DNA of 59,540 bases, counting the filler, from Sphacelaria rigidula (Eukaryota): assembly GCA_964200075.2 (NCBI GenBank). It is 10 parts of 10 records of this genome, joined end to end, with 100 filler letters (N's around TTAATTAATTAA, not from the genome) between each part and the next. Parts side by side here need not be neighbours in the genome. Positions count along the whole stretch, not along the records: positions 11,931 to 17,794 come from CAXNAA020023880.1; positions 17,895 to 23,758 come from CAXNAA020023881.1; positions 23,859 to 29,722 come from CAXNAA020023882.1; 7 more parts are not named here. One strand, given 5' to 3'. A model generated the notes under the pieces. The model worked only from the letters and a program-made list of their open reading frames with translations. It searched no databases and was not told the DNA's origin. This document shows positions 13,126 through 26,188 of this stretch, in pieces; positions within the stretch are counted from its first letter, which is position 1; every line of letters starts with the position of its first letter. A program made the position numbers and the translations under genes.

Positions 13126-14025
13126 GGTCGACGCAGCAAGCCAACTTCGTCTGGCACGACGCAGTAGAAAAGGGCCCCTACCATCGCCTTACGGCACATG
13201 TTACCGCCTGCTGCATGTCCGGTTATTAGCTCCCGCTACCGGTGCAACGGCTGCACCAGCCGCACACGGGTCTGAAAGCGGGCCGTCCCCGGATCAACGG
13301 CATAAAAGAATCCGCGGTAGTACTGCGACGAGGGCCCGCACGTTGGTTTGTGATCAGTGCGGAAGCGTTGAAATCGCGGGTGCTCGCCAAAGCGACAGCA
13401 TCGATGGTGAAAGCGGGGTGGCGGGTCTTCTAGCTGTCTGCAAGGGTCCCGGGTGCGGGGTGGCATTTGCGCAATGCCAACGGTGTAATACAGACTACGA
13501 CGGGTGCTGCAGCGCTGCTTGTCAAGCGCTAGCGCTAGCCGCCAGAGATACAACAAATCTGCGCACTGTTCATGGCGAGATCGCCCAACCACCAGGTGCG
13601 GAGCATACCAGTGTGGGAGCGTTTCCCGGGGGTGATCGACGGCGACGCCAACCAGTGCCGGGCTCGCCGTCAGGGCGATCTAGATCAGCGGGCTCCTCTG
13701 TAGACGAAGTACAGATATCGAAGCTTGAACCGCCGAGTTTTTTTAAACATGGGAATGTTCCTCCTTCGTGTGAAGGGTGGGTTGAGGGGATTGACCGCGG
13801 TATTCCATCGCAGGCCGACAAGGGGTCGGAAGCATCTGTAACTGCTGCCCGGGGTGGTGGTGAAGACGGTCGAGGGGTTTCCGCTGCGGCGCGGCGTTTT
13901 TCCACAGGGTTTGGACGAGATGGGTGCAATGGGGACCTTCCGGTCGTAGATTCGGAGGACTACGCGTCGCGGCACTCGATCCCGGAATCGAAGAGCTTGG
14001 CGAAAGTGCGTGAGGCGACCAGCAG
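13126..14025 (+). CDS. Exon encoding a TrhO/YceA-type Cys-rich C-terminal domain, a linker and the N-terminus of a class I O-methyltransferase
   Basis: One open frame from a TAG acceptor (13125; alternative 13229) to a GTGTGG donor. Contains CDQCG...CKGPGCGVAFAQCQRCNTDYDGCCSAAC and ends EDYASRHSIPESKSLAKVREATSR. Confidence 0.75.
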
Positions 14026-14393
14026 GTGTGGTGTCCGGAGGTGACAGTGTTGTCGAGAGGTAACGTTAGTGGGAACAAAACCAATCACTATCAATGATGA
14101 AGTAGATTATTCAAGGGGAGAATATGAGAACTTGCGGGATGCGGGCGTTTCGATTGGTCAAAGCGGGATACCAAAATATTGCATCTTCTGTTTGTCTAGA
14201 TATTTTTTGTCGGTAGTGCTTCCAAGGTGTTGTATGCGTTGTTGGTGTTTTTGGTTACTCGCTGAGATTGGCGAGTCGATGAATTTCACCCGCATTGACT
14301 ATGGCGCAATCCCCCCAACATCCATTTTGTCTCACCTTTGGATAATTTCCCTTTCTTCTGGTACATGCGAAAAACTACACAGCCAACGAGACC

Positions 14394-14757
14394 CAGTCTG
14401 ATTCGTGTGGCTTGGACTTGTCAACGTCACGAGTAGCCACGTTTTCCAATGACTCGCAGGACTCGAGGCAGACTCGTCCTAATATCTCCCGAATGATTCG
14501 TAAGGCTCGAGGTAGACTCGTCCCCGTTCGTTTGGGAGAATTCGTAGGACTCGAGCCCTCTTACTCGTAGCCCTCACTTTTTCGAATGGTTCGCAGTACT
14601 CAAATCCTACCTTTCCGTCCTCATTTTTGTCGAATGATTCGCTGTCCTCGAGTCCTTCCTTCCCGCCCTTATTTTTTGCCGAATGCTTCTGTGCCCTCGA
14701 GTCCTACCTATCGGTCCTCGTATTTTTCGGATAGTTCGCTGAACTCGAGTCAGACTC
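14394..14757. mobile_element. Degenerate MITE with dense GACTCG/CTCGAG subterminal repeats (intronic)
   Basis: Imperfect TIR CAGTCTGATTCGTGT / ACTCGAGTCAGACTC; repeated GAATGATTCG...CTCGAG units inside. Confidence 0.5.
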
Positions 14758-14987
14758 TTCATTTTATTTTCCAAACCTCGACGGACGGGAGGCATGGCGT
14801 CTGACAACTGACCCTTTGGATGTCGCAACAACGGCATGTGGCTTCCACCGCTTTCCTTCAAAAGCCAAACAAGAGAGACGGAGCATAATGCGCCCGCGAT
14901 ATTTATTTTATAGAACTGACGGGTTCAACCCTGTGCTGACAGCGGGGTATGTGCCGCTGCCTGTATTCCTCCGGTGTTTTTGGTCAG

Positions 14988-15056
14988 GGGACAACCGAGG
15001 GCCGCGCACATGGTGTCAGGGCACCTCCAAGGAGAAGTGCTCAAACTTTTAACGAG
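14988..15056 (+). CDS. O-methyltransferase (caffeoyl-CoA OMT/TrmR-like, Methyltransf_3) exon
   Basis: CAG acceptor and GTATGT donor, phase matches the upstream exon; GQPRAAHMVSGHLQGEVLKLLT fits the M-x-S-G-x-x-Q-G-x-x-L motif of this family. Confidence 0.85.
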
Positions 15057-16648
15057 GTATGTATGGCGACGTACATGGGGTATTGGATTTGGCGGGAGGC
15101 AATGACAAGTCGCTTTTTCAGGCACAGTCGTTTTCCTTATTTTTCGCCACACTTTCAAGTCTTCCCCCTTCCTAGCGACAGAGGTGGTTTTGTCCCAGTT
15201 CGGCTACATTCTTACCCATGGTTGACACATTTTATGGATGAGACTACAGTAACTCTAACCCATAACCGGAGGCAAACCTAGAACCCTCAGGCCAGCAGGG
15301 TTCGAAGAGTTCCCTAGGCAAAGTGTGCGGTGGCAGACCTCACACCGTTGCCTGCGGCATCGATTAGGACAAAACTACGTTTCGCCCACGCTGGGAACAC
15401 TGAGGGCTGTCTGCCCCACTAAAGATCCGAATATCGGTGTTCGCACTCAAATCAAATTGAATCATATCAACCATGGGTAAACTGTAGCCGAACAGTTCCG
15501 CTACTGTCGGGACTAGCCCGTGATGTGTGAAGGGATCATCAATCTTTCTCTCCCCCGGCACACGTCTATCATTTTGGTATCATGCATTGATTGGATCATG
15601 ACCATCGGCACTCCCGCACCGCGTCGATTCTCCGGGAATAAACTTCTTCTGCTACCCACGTACTCCCGCTTTGAACACCGGAAATTATATATGCACTTTC
15701 CACAAAAAAATACCTATTGCACATACTTCTTACCGGGATCTATCATCCTAGCTGGTCGCTAGCTATGCCGCTTAGGCCACCAGGGCGCGGCGGCAAACTG
15801 TCACTTGACCAGGTTCTGTGTGTCTTGACATTTGGTTGCAATTCAGTTGGTGACCACCCCCCGCCACCCCCTAAACAAGGTCGCCGAGGGGACTCAACCG
15901 ACACCGTAGCATCGTTCATAACGATGGCGTCACGTTGAGTTTGCCCACCGCTGAGAACATTTTCTTTTGCCTTTGTTTTTACTCAGTCCAGTGGTAGATT
16001 GTCGTGTATGTTCCACACCAAGTCGGCGGGGTCGTGGCTGTTCCCCCAGGACTCACGCCTCTCTTCCCTGTCCGATTATTCTTGGCAGTGAGTATGTCCT
16101 CACAGTTGCTTTCGAGCGCTTTTTACAGGCTGTTGAAAAGGGGCCGAGCACTTGATCGATTTTTTTTCAGGGAAGCCAGGAAAAAAGTCCACAAGTATGC
16201 GTTCGGCTTTGCCTACGCTGTACCTGGATGAAAACCCTCGCTTGTTTGGGTTGCTCTGGAACAACGCAGACAAGGCCCAGGTGTCTTTACTCCCTGGATG
16301 ACAACTAGTCTACACTGCGAGGTAGTGGGAATTTGCAGTACATGCATTAAATTTTCACCCTCTCCCGCCCCCCCCCTCATTTACTTGACCACATAGGTAC
16401 AGCTGTCTGGGTAGTTTCAGCGTGTTTGGCCCTCAGAACCCTAAACCTTTTTCACGAACATTACCCCCTTGCACGTCAGACCTCACTTCAGAACAACATC
16501 TTCGGCTGACCTTCAACGCCAAAAGCCTCGACGCTATCGCAGAGTGGCTCTTCCCTGTTTGCCAGAATGGTCCCCGATGTCGACACATCGTGTCATGGCC
16601 GTGGTTTCCAACCCATGAGTCAGTCACATATATATATACATATATATG

Positions 16649-17190
16649 CAAGGTTGTGTTCTGTAGGGTATGGTTTTCTGTATACCCGGGTATTTTGCCG
16701 GGTATTCACCGTACCTGACAGTTCCGTGACTTCTGTAAGACCTTCACACCGGTACTCGACAGTTCTATAATCTCTGTAAGAGTTTCATACCCTTACCCGA
16801 TAGTTCTGTAATCTATGCAAGAATCCCGTATCGTTACCGGGGGGAGCAGGTGCGCTCTTGATAAGATACCTGATTGCGGGTACGGTTTTCTGTGCAAGCT
16901 CCATACCCTACCCAGCAGTTTCTGTGAGTTTCTGTAAGTCTCCCATACCCTTACCCGACAGTTCAGTGAGTTCTGTACACAATGTTGACCTGTACCCGGA
17001 GCGCGGGTATGCTCTTGAAAAGTACCCGATTGCCGGTACCGATTTCTGTAAGTCTCCCATACCATACCCGACAATTTCTGTAATTTCTGTAAGACTTGAA
17101 CCCAGTACCGGTACCCGACAGTTCTGTGAGCTTTGTAAGCCTCCCATACCTCTACCCGGGGTTAGTGTATTCCGTTATAGATATACCCGA
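16649..17190 (+). repeat. Internally repetitive non-autonomous element (TACCCG/TTCTGT units)
   Basis: Many near-tandem CATACCCTTACCCGACAGTTCTGTGAGTTTCTGTAAG units; starts CAAGG like the hAT MITE at 52734. Confidence 0.65.
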
Positions 17191-19161
17191 TTGCAGGTGT
17201 GAGCACAAGTATATACCTTGAGGAGGCACGGATGCAGGTTCGATCCAAACACATTCTCATGACCTGACGTGTACCTTTCATCGATCAACCCACCCAACTT
17301 CTTCATTCAAAACTGCACACCAACAATAGTTCAATGTTGAACAGTTGTTGAGTTTGGGATCTGACGGGAAAGAAGGTACCGCTGAGTGGAAACACGAAAC
17401 ATGAGCAACCCTGTAGACCGTCAGGATGAATCACCCCTAGACTCGAGTGGACCCCCGATGGGGTTGGCGTCGGTTGGCGATGACGCTGTAAAGCACGCCA
17501 CTCACTGCGTAAGTTAGGCAACCCGGTTACCGGGGTTTTTTTTCGAGCGCTTGCGTTTTTTTTCCCAGTAACCATGATGGTAGTCGAGCTAAATCATGTT
17601 GTGCGGCGTGGGAAAACCTCAACTCCACATATTGGGGATGATCGTACCACGTAGTGGGTCTATGGTGAGACACCCAGGAGGCAGTGTATAAGCCGTGGCT
17701 GTCTCTGGAAGTGGCGATACCACAAAATAAAGCAACTCATTGTAAGCTGTCATCCAAATGCAAGATAATCAGTAGGCTTCGGGCCGAACAATCTNNNNNN
17801 NNNNNNNNNNNNNNNNNNNNNNNNNNNNNNNNNNNNNNTTAATTAATTAANNNNNNNNNNNNNNNNNNNNNNNNNNNNNNNNNNNNNNNNNNNNTTATTT
17901 CTAGTTGAAAAAACGCCAACTAATGCAACCAAATAATCGAAAATCAAATAGGACATCGTTAAGGGCTCGTACAAACAAAACGATACAGACTTATGGGACA
18001 GAGGAAGTATGCACATACGCGTCAATTTCCTTAGTTCTCGTGCTTGGCAACAAAATATTTAATTATAATTCATCGAGTGAAGACGAAGGAACGCACGATC
18101 AACGCGCATACAAAGCATCAAACACACACACGTGAGTGCCGCAACATATATCTGAATGAATATACACAGAGGAAGCACAAAACGCATAAACGGGCATGCA
18201 GAGAACACGCCCAGATATACACACTGTCGGGTTCTCGTCTTTCCCTATGCTCGAGACGTGACAGGAAGTATCAACCCTGCTCCCATGAAGAGCGGTTAGA
18301 TTAACACTATGGTTGAAGCGATTCCAACATGGCAAGCATGAAGTCATGACATTGGTTGCTCCATCTGCAACCACAAAAACGAAACCCTACGGGTTTTTCT
18401 GCATAGAGTTAAGAAAGCTATCGCACGTGTAAGGAACGTGAGCAAAGAATAGACCCGCCCAGCGTCGACAGGTTGCTGAAGAGATAACCCAACTTTGATT
18501 TGATTATAGCACATTCACTGATCCATTCCCGAAGGATCCACGCGTGGTCATTCTCCACAAGGTAGACATACCCTAGGTACACTGAAGGAAAACGCCCGCT
18601 GAAGAAGGAGGAAAGTACAGACGAAAACATATTTATGTGACAAACGGAGAAAACTGAAAAACAAACAAAAACGTTCGTGGAAACAGATTGCGGCTCAGGT
18701 ATTTCGGACTAGGACCACTTGGGCATGAGCTTTCACTCATGAGCCCTACGGAAGCAAAGCATCAATCTGCTAATGCATGACACGGAGATGGAAGAACCAG
18801 TGGAAGGGAGGGAGAGATGGAGAGAGAAGATGAGAGAACAGGGTAGGAGGGAATTACGGAAGCGATAAAGCTCAAGCAGAGAAAAGCATGTACGGTGGCA
18901 CAAGCAGGAAGACCACAAGGCCGCGAGCCAAGGGAAAGCCAGCAACCGATGAGAGAAGACAGGGGTAGACCAGCGTCCGTATTTCAACCCACTTAACCCG
19001 GCTTCCCCCAGTCATATCTTGTCGCGTGAGAGCGGGCAACTCTCTCAATCATTTCCATCCTGAATTCCTCGCGAGCAGTTGCTGTTGTTGTGTCGGCGGT
19101 GGCGGGTCTCTAACTGGCGACTCTAGACGCAGCAGCCTTTCCTTTGTGGCAAAGGTCTGAC

Positions 19162-20212
19162 GGCCGACGTATATACGCCCGCGCAGACAAATAAGAGAGC
19201 CTGCCTCCAGACTAGAACCACTCCCACCTTGCATTTGTGCAGACCCGCCGGTCCAACCAACAGCATTTATTGATCCACCCGTGCACAACAGAGCCGGCAC
19301 TTAATGTTTGAATGCATCCGCGTTCAACAGAGTCGGTATGTAGGGCACGCCACGGCACGCACGCACACCCACAACACAGCTCACACGCACACATACGCAG
19401 ACTAACCACCACCAGCTAGCTGCTAAAGAAACATTAGCAGTAGGGGTATAACAGAAAGGAGACCGCTGCTGATGGACGCTTGGCAGGCAGCCGAGCCAAC
19501 CCGCACTTCCGCATTGCCACCAGGCATAGCGGCAAAATAGTGCCACTCTGCAAACACAGAGCCATTTCAGAGGCAAGAACACGCCGTATCATGCAACGCA
19601 AGGCTTGGCGATCGTGACAGGACGAAAGCCCCATGTGTCCGCCCGGACGAATCGGAGATAACTACTAGGACCAGCAGCATATGCAGTTATCTTCGATGCG
19701 TCCGGGCGGACAGATGGGGCTTTCGTCGTGCCACGATCGCCAAGCCTTGCGTTGCTCGATACGTCGTGTTCTTGCCTCTGAAATGGCTCTGTGCTTGCAG
19801 AGTGGCATTGTTGTGCCGCTATGTCTGATGGCAATGTGGGAGTGCGGGTTGGCTCGGCTGCCTGCCAAGCGTCCATCAGCTCAGCGCTTTCATAATAAGC
19901 AACAGCAGCGGTCTCCATTCTATTATACCCCTGCTGCTAATGTTTCTTTAGCAGCTAGCTGGTGGTGGTTAGTCTGCGTATGTGTGCGTGTGAGCTGTGT
20001 TGCGGGTGTGCGTGCGTGCCGTGGCGTGCCCTTTATGTCTCCTCTGTTCTGCGCGGGTGTGTTCAAATATTGTGTGCCGGCTCTGCTGTGCACGGGGAGA
20101 TTTAAAAACGGTGCTGGTTGAACCGGCGGGTCTGCACAAATACAATGTGGGACTGGTTCTAGTCTGGAGGCAGGCTCTCTTACTTGGCCTGCGCAGGCGT
20201 ATACACGCTGGC
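19162..20212. repeat. Long imperfect inverted repeat (arms about 500 bp, spacer about 21 bp)
   Basis: 19162-19663 is the reverse complement of 19685-20212 with scattered substitutions and indels. Confidence 0.9.
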
Positions 20213-20389
20213 CGAAGGTCTGATTTGAGTTGCCTCCACGTCGCCGCGTCGACTCGAACCCCTTCGCCCCTTTCTCGAGTTCAACGTGCAATTTGTCATT
20301 TGCCCACGTTCTTCGCCGCAGTGCTTAATCATGTGTCTTCAACCTCCACACCATAGATGAACTATTCCCGTTATGCATTTTCTACATGC

Positions 20390-21860
20390 AGGTCCTCCTG
20401 GTGGCGGTTTTCCCGGTGTGTGGGTGGGGCGGCGAGCCACCTCCGGCCTTTGCACGGCTAGCCGTCCAAACATGGCGCGCTTTGGAAGACGTCGTTTGTC
20501 TTGTTGAGAAGTATAACATCAACTACTTCATAAACCGCGCGCGACTTTCCGTATTCATGACTCAACTCGAAGTATTTTCTATACCCGTCGACACCTCGTA
20601 CATTTCAAGCAATGACCAATATTTGGCTACTCTAGCTGCCTTCGTCACTTGTTGCCAGTAAAAAGTAGTATGGGAATATTATCCTGTCGGTCATCGACTA
20701 CGCCTTTCAGCCCCGCCTTGCTCCGGTGGAATAAAGTTGGCGCTTGCGGATGGTCATCCCGACACGTTCTCAGTTGGTCATCTCGAGCACATCTCCGTAC
20801 GAAAGAACCTTGTAACCCGTTTGCTCCTTGCGGCAGAATCCAACCACTTGCACCAAAAGCTTGTGGTGGGCAACACGCAGACCGTCAGAATGAGGACACC
20901 GCGTCCATGTAGCACGTTCATACAGCATAGCTTCCTCCACCTCCGCTTCAGGCAGCCGGGTGTCAAGAGGTAGCTGGGCGCTGGGTCAATCGTAGAGTTG
21001 GGAATTATACTTTCGGAGGCGTTCCCACTTAAGCGCTGATCTGGCGGGGTTGATTTCGATGGGAATATTCGCATCTGCACTGACAGCACTACCGAGGTGG
21101 ACAAACGCGGTTGTTTGCTTTTACTGTTGGCCTGTCGCGTCGACATGCAGTGAGTGCGGTCTCTACGGAGCTGGGTATTAACCACAGGCGCATGGAATCT
21201 GTCCTGCTCCCCGACACCATCGATCCGAACTCCTGGTGGGCCACGACAATCAAGGTCATCATCGTAGCAAGTCCGCCTGGGGACCTCGAGCCCGCGCCAG
21301 GTCTCCGCATACAGCAATACGCACACCGCAAGCCGCACCTTCTCCAGCGGCGCTCTCGTCCAGAGGTTCGCCATCGTCACATTCCGGCGTATCTCGATAT
21401 GACAAGCCTGAAGCGATGACTGGATTTAACGCAAACTGTTGGATGACCACCTCGGCCAAGTCTACGCCGAAGATGTTACACAATAGCGGGGACGCAATGA
21501 ATCCCTGCCCGAGTCCCTAGCAGACGTGGAAACACGCGGATATTTCACCTTCGTTCAGCTGTACCCGAGCTCGCATTTCATCGTAGAGCATACGAACGAT
21601 CTTGACAATCCGCGGCGAGACTCCAACCCGGGTAAGCACTTCGCATCGGAGCGTGCGGTCTACGGAATTGTAGGCCTTCTGTGTGCCAATGAAGCACATG
21701 TTTAGTGGGACAGTACTCAGCCGTCTTAATTCCTGTAGTGGGCGTACCACGAACATCATGTCGATGGTCACTCGTCGGCGCCGAAATCCGCACTGCTCTT
21801 CCGGGAAGAGTTCTGCCTCCTCGCGCAAAACTACAGAGCCTGTTGGCTACGATTTTCAAG
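20390..21860 (-). mobile_element. Degenerate RTE-clade LINE reverse transcriptase fragment
   Basis: KIVANRL...PEEQCGFR...TIDMMFVVR..QE...CFI..QKAYNSVDR...GLGQG..ASPLL.NIF...LLYA; contains stops and frameshifts. Confidence 0.9.
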
Positions 21861-23383
21861 AGAGCTTTACCATGATGTGCCGCGAGGGAGACGCCCCTGC
21901 AACCACCACACCAATCAAGTGCGAGGCAAGTGCTGTACAGGGAGAGAAAGAGACAGACTTACAATCCGTTGACACCACGGACCCGTCTCGGAGCAGAAGG
22001 GGTGGGAAGGGATAAACGTCGCCAAAACCGAAAAGCATTTCGAAACGCACGGTGACATGTGTGCTAAACCCGTGTTAAACTTCGCCATCCCATCCCCGGG
22101 CCAGACGCCTGACTCTTTCACGACTTGGAAAAGAAGAGACACACGGCGGATGGGTAAATAATGGCGTATAAGCACATGCCGGCCGCATGCAAAAAGTGCA
22201 ACGCCGGTTTGGTCGGGTCGGTATTGTCCAATAACAGCACACTCTGGGTGAAGTGCGCGCAACTGTACTTATACCGTAGTATTATCAGTCGCGGTATAAA
22301 ACCCCCGTGCTGCAAATCGTCAGTTTCGACTTTAGGAGTTCCCTACTACAGCGCGTAACCTCTCCATGCAAAATGAAGCGTCTAGGGGCATGCGAAACCG
22401 CAAAACCCCATGCTGTACTGACTGCGCTGCGCTGCGCTGCACTGCACTGACTACACTGCATTATGCACAATGAACGGTAACAGTAACCATGTAAGCAAGC
22501 ACCCGCTTTCCGGGCTTGGAGCGCGCCCCAAGCACGCTATGTTGTACACGCTGCGACTTTCGGTTACGCGTAACCGAGTCGGAGATGGAGTGTATTACGT
22601 TCTTCCTCCACTCGCAGTGCTGCTGGCCTAGACAACAGCTAGTTCTGGTCCATAGATCGGACAGTTTCATTCCGTTCATCAACTAGAAACGATTGTTCGT
22701 GCTGCGAGTCACGTTAATTCTCGCACGTCACTCCCCGCTTGCTGGAAGTGATCCTAAAGTTTGACTTCGACTGCCGTACTCTTAGGCCACATATATTCCA
22801 TGGACACGCAAATGCTGCTGGGTATGTCGTCTATTGCATCGTCCGTGCAGCGACGGAGGATAAAGTGATGGCATGGCAACAACACGCTAGCGAGGAAAAC
22901 TGATCGAAAGGAAAGCGCGTGTCAAAATAAAATTGTGAGGGGCCCAGCTCATGGCTGAGGCATTCATGTGCGTGCCACAAGGCAGCAAAAGATCATCACT
23001 AGTACAATACGGCGCCTCTTATACCGTAGTATGTGTTCATCGCTCACGAACAGTGTGTGTAAAGTGCAATTGGTGCCTATGATGGTGTCTGTAGGCTCGG
23101 GGGACACTACTGAGTGATAGTGTATTACTAGCGTCCGCCACGTATGCTCGGTACGTTACTAATTTCTATCGGATCCATTTGCCAAAATGTGGGAGTGTCA
23201 CCCTTGCACCTCCGTGAAAGATTCGGAAATGGCACGCACAGTTTGATCAATCCTCCGCCTCTTGTACATGCACAGAAGCATGGACGTCAGTACAGACAGC
23301 AGCACGTATATCCAGTTCCAAAAAGGGGTTAAAAATGGTCGCTGAGATGTTAGGCACTACGAAAAAAGACGTTTGTCACGAAC

Positions 23384-23539
23384 CTGTTTGAGCACGGCGC
23401 ACACGATGAGCTCCATCATGACAGTGGTGAAGAACACTTGGTCGCAGGGGTGGTATTGCTGCCGCTGCTGCTGCTCTTGTCGAGGCGGCAGGGACAAGGA
23501 CGGAGAGAGCGGGGGCTGGTCGAGAAGCGCCAGGCGATC
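23384..23539 (-). CDS. Putative isolated exon, unknown protein
   Basis: GC-rich 156-bp open segment between a CAG acceptor and a GTTCGT donor (DRLALLDQPP...ELIVCAVLKQ); no family recognised. Confidence 0.35.
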
Positions 23540-24229
23540 CTGCCGACAATGCACCGAAGCGACAAAAGCGGGGTACAACACGGGACAGAAGACATACTAC
23601 GACTAAATACAAGTTGCTCCCAAATGTCGTTGTACCTCACGACACAAATGGCGTGATGTTACGAAAATAATCATATCGAGGCGAGCGCGGGGGAGGGGGG
23701 GGGGGGAAGCTAGACATTGGTTGCCTGGCTGAGGCGGAGCGACATTACACACCGAACCNNNNNNNNNNNNNNNNNNNNNNNNNNNNNNNNNNNNNNNNNN
23801 NNTTAATTAATTAANNNNNNNNNNNNNNNNNNNNNNNNNNNNNNNNNNNNNNNNNNNNTATGCGGACGCCTTCCGTGGTCACAGGCTAGCAGAAGAAACC
23901 AAAACAAAATAAGATAGATCCAGAGTAAAATGCGAACAGTTACCCGGCTTGCCAGGTAAAATGCGAACACGTCTGTGTACACGATTCGGATGACACAGTT
24001 AGGGATGCGAATCGCTCACAAAACATGAAGTTAAATTTCCCCCAAAAGTGTCACGGCTGTTCCTAATGGACAAATCAAGCTAGACAGTCAGAAACAAACA
24101 ATCCGTCCGGTCGGTTCCAAGGGAACCTCGGAAGACCTCCTGCTCAGATCACACACACTGCCGCAGGTGCATTGCTCATGGTCGACTGATTATTCATTTT
24201 TCAAGCGAAGGTTATTCCGATGCAGATGA

Positions 24230-25080
24230 CTCACCGTGGAAGTGACCATAGACAAAGCCGAATCAAAACAAGGAGTACAACAAAAGCAGTAGAATGCAAT
24301 ACAAAAGCTGGGTGGTACAGTACAGTGCAGTGTTGTCTTATCTCTCCCCCCCGTTGCTTTCCTTCCCTCCTTCAATGAGCACCACGAACGATGAGATCAC
24401 ACGACACCTTTGAAAAGCGTTGAACCTGTGAGCGTCTACCGTGGGTCATCTGGGCCTTGCATACATATTTCAAGTGAAAATTGTGCCAATGCACAACAGA
24501 TTACTCTCCCTGGAGGTGGTCGTATATACATGTACATAGCCGAACAAGGCACAGTACGGTTCAAGACACTCCAGCAAGATGTTGAACAGTACAGGTCAGG
24601 AGAGTTTTGTCTTCTCTCCTGCTACCCTCCTGCGTTCCTTCCCATTGCCCCCATTGTCTATGGCTGTCACCATGGGCCAGATTACGAGAAGCGTTTGAGA
24701 GCGTGAACTCGTCCTGCCCCCAGCTGTGGAAGTGAACCCTTGGGCCTCCACGGTGGGTAATCTGGGTCTTGCATTCATATTTTAAGTCAAAACTATGCCA
24801 ATGCACAACAGATGATTCGCCCTGAAGGTGATCGTATAATGATGGGCGAACCCGAACAACAATACACATGAATACAATACAGGCCAATGCAGTACAGTTC
24901 AGTAGAGTGTTGTCCCCTCCCTCTCCCTCCCTGCGTTCCTTCCCATTGCTCCCGTTACCTATGGGCATCACCATGGACCAGATTACAAGGAACTCTTGGA
25001 GAGTGTGAACTCGTCCTTCCCCCAGCTCTGAAAGTGAACCCTTGTGCCTCCACAGTGGGTAATCTTGGTCCCGTTCATGT
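24230..25080 (+). repeat. Degenerate tandem repeat, about 3 units of 270-300 bp
   Basis: Recurring TTCCTTCCC...GTGAAC...CCAC.GTGGGTAATCT...TGCCAATGCACAACAGAT blocks. Confidence 0.75.
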
Positions 25081-25298
25081 TTCGAGTCACATCTTCAAGG
25101 GTTGGGCGAAAGAGTTATTCGTCCGGAGATGACTTGATTTTAGTGTAATTGATTCGTACCGTACGAATCAATCCTTAGGCTTTGTTTTCAGCGTTGTAAC
25201 CCAGGTACGTACAGCCCAGGCACGTGGAACGGTGCAGAAGTTGCGTGGAGACCTGTTTGAACAGCGGTCGACTTTATTTCTCTCTTTCGAGCAATCAG

Positions 25299-25426
25299 GC
25301 CCAAGAAATCGTGGATTTGGTAATTCGAACCGGCGATGATTCGTCCGAACCATGGAATCATGCCAATTCAGTATATGCGAACACAATACTCAAGCTTCGT
25401 GCCAGCGCAGGGGTTAAGTACATACG
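25299..25426 (+). CDS. Possible upstream exon of the TPR-repeat gene
   Basis: Pyrimidine tract plus CAG acceptor, open frame AQEIVDLV...GVKYIR, GTAGGC donor in phase 2 matching the exon at 27655. Confidence 0.4.
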
Positions 25427-26146
25427 GTAGGCCGCATGTGGCGGTAAAGATGGACTTTGCGCAACCAAGAAACGCAAGAGCACAAGACGGTCACCACGGT
25501 GTTGTCTGTTTCAGTACACACCACGCTCGATGACGTGGGTCCCCAGAGCGACTGGATACACACGCGACAGCGTTTTGCTGTTCATTTTCTCTCGGAGTGC
25601 ATTACACACGGGCATACTTCAACGCACCGGGAAAAGGTACTACGGCTGAGACCTCTCCTCCATTCTTTGCCGCCCCCGTCCCGTTTGTGTGGTTTTAGTT
25701 CATTTGCTCTTGTCGGGGACGGTGGTGTGTCGGGGAGAGTCCATCGATAGGGCGGCTAAATCAGAGACGATCTCGTACCGACCACGAGTGCGATTCGAGC
25801 GCTGTTTATTGCGTTGTGTGCTTCAAACCACAATGCATGTTGTATAAACCTCGCTTTCCGGGAAGGTCCCATGCTCGGCACACCAGGCGGCAATTTGTTT
25901 TCCGCAGAGTTTCAATGAGCGCTGGAAGAGTTGAGAAGGAAGGAAGTTGGCATGCGATGCGTGTCAGGGGTGTGACCGTATATGTGGCACCTGAACAGGG
26001 AGGGTGTCGCTTGAACACATGATTTGCTCGTTTAGATGATGTTGTGATTAATCAAGTGTATCCACATTGGAGAAGAGAAACGAGGATGAGTCGTCTGTAG
26101 TCGGTGAAATTTCGTCGAGCAGTCAGGAAACAATTCGGAAGCTAAC

Positions 26147-26188
<42 letters not shown>

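Noticed and set aside
13143..13229. NFVWHD peptide resembling the TrhO NFVFD motif
   Set aside because: It is in a different frame from the Cys-rich domain and ends in a stop at 13227; probably coincidence
19620..19660. Hammerhead ribozyme (GTCC-GCCC-GGAC-GAA stem)
   Set aside because: Lacks the CUGANGA core upstream and has GAAT instead of GAAA; CTGATGAGCAC at about 11945 likewise lacks GAAA
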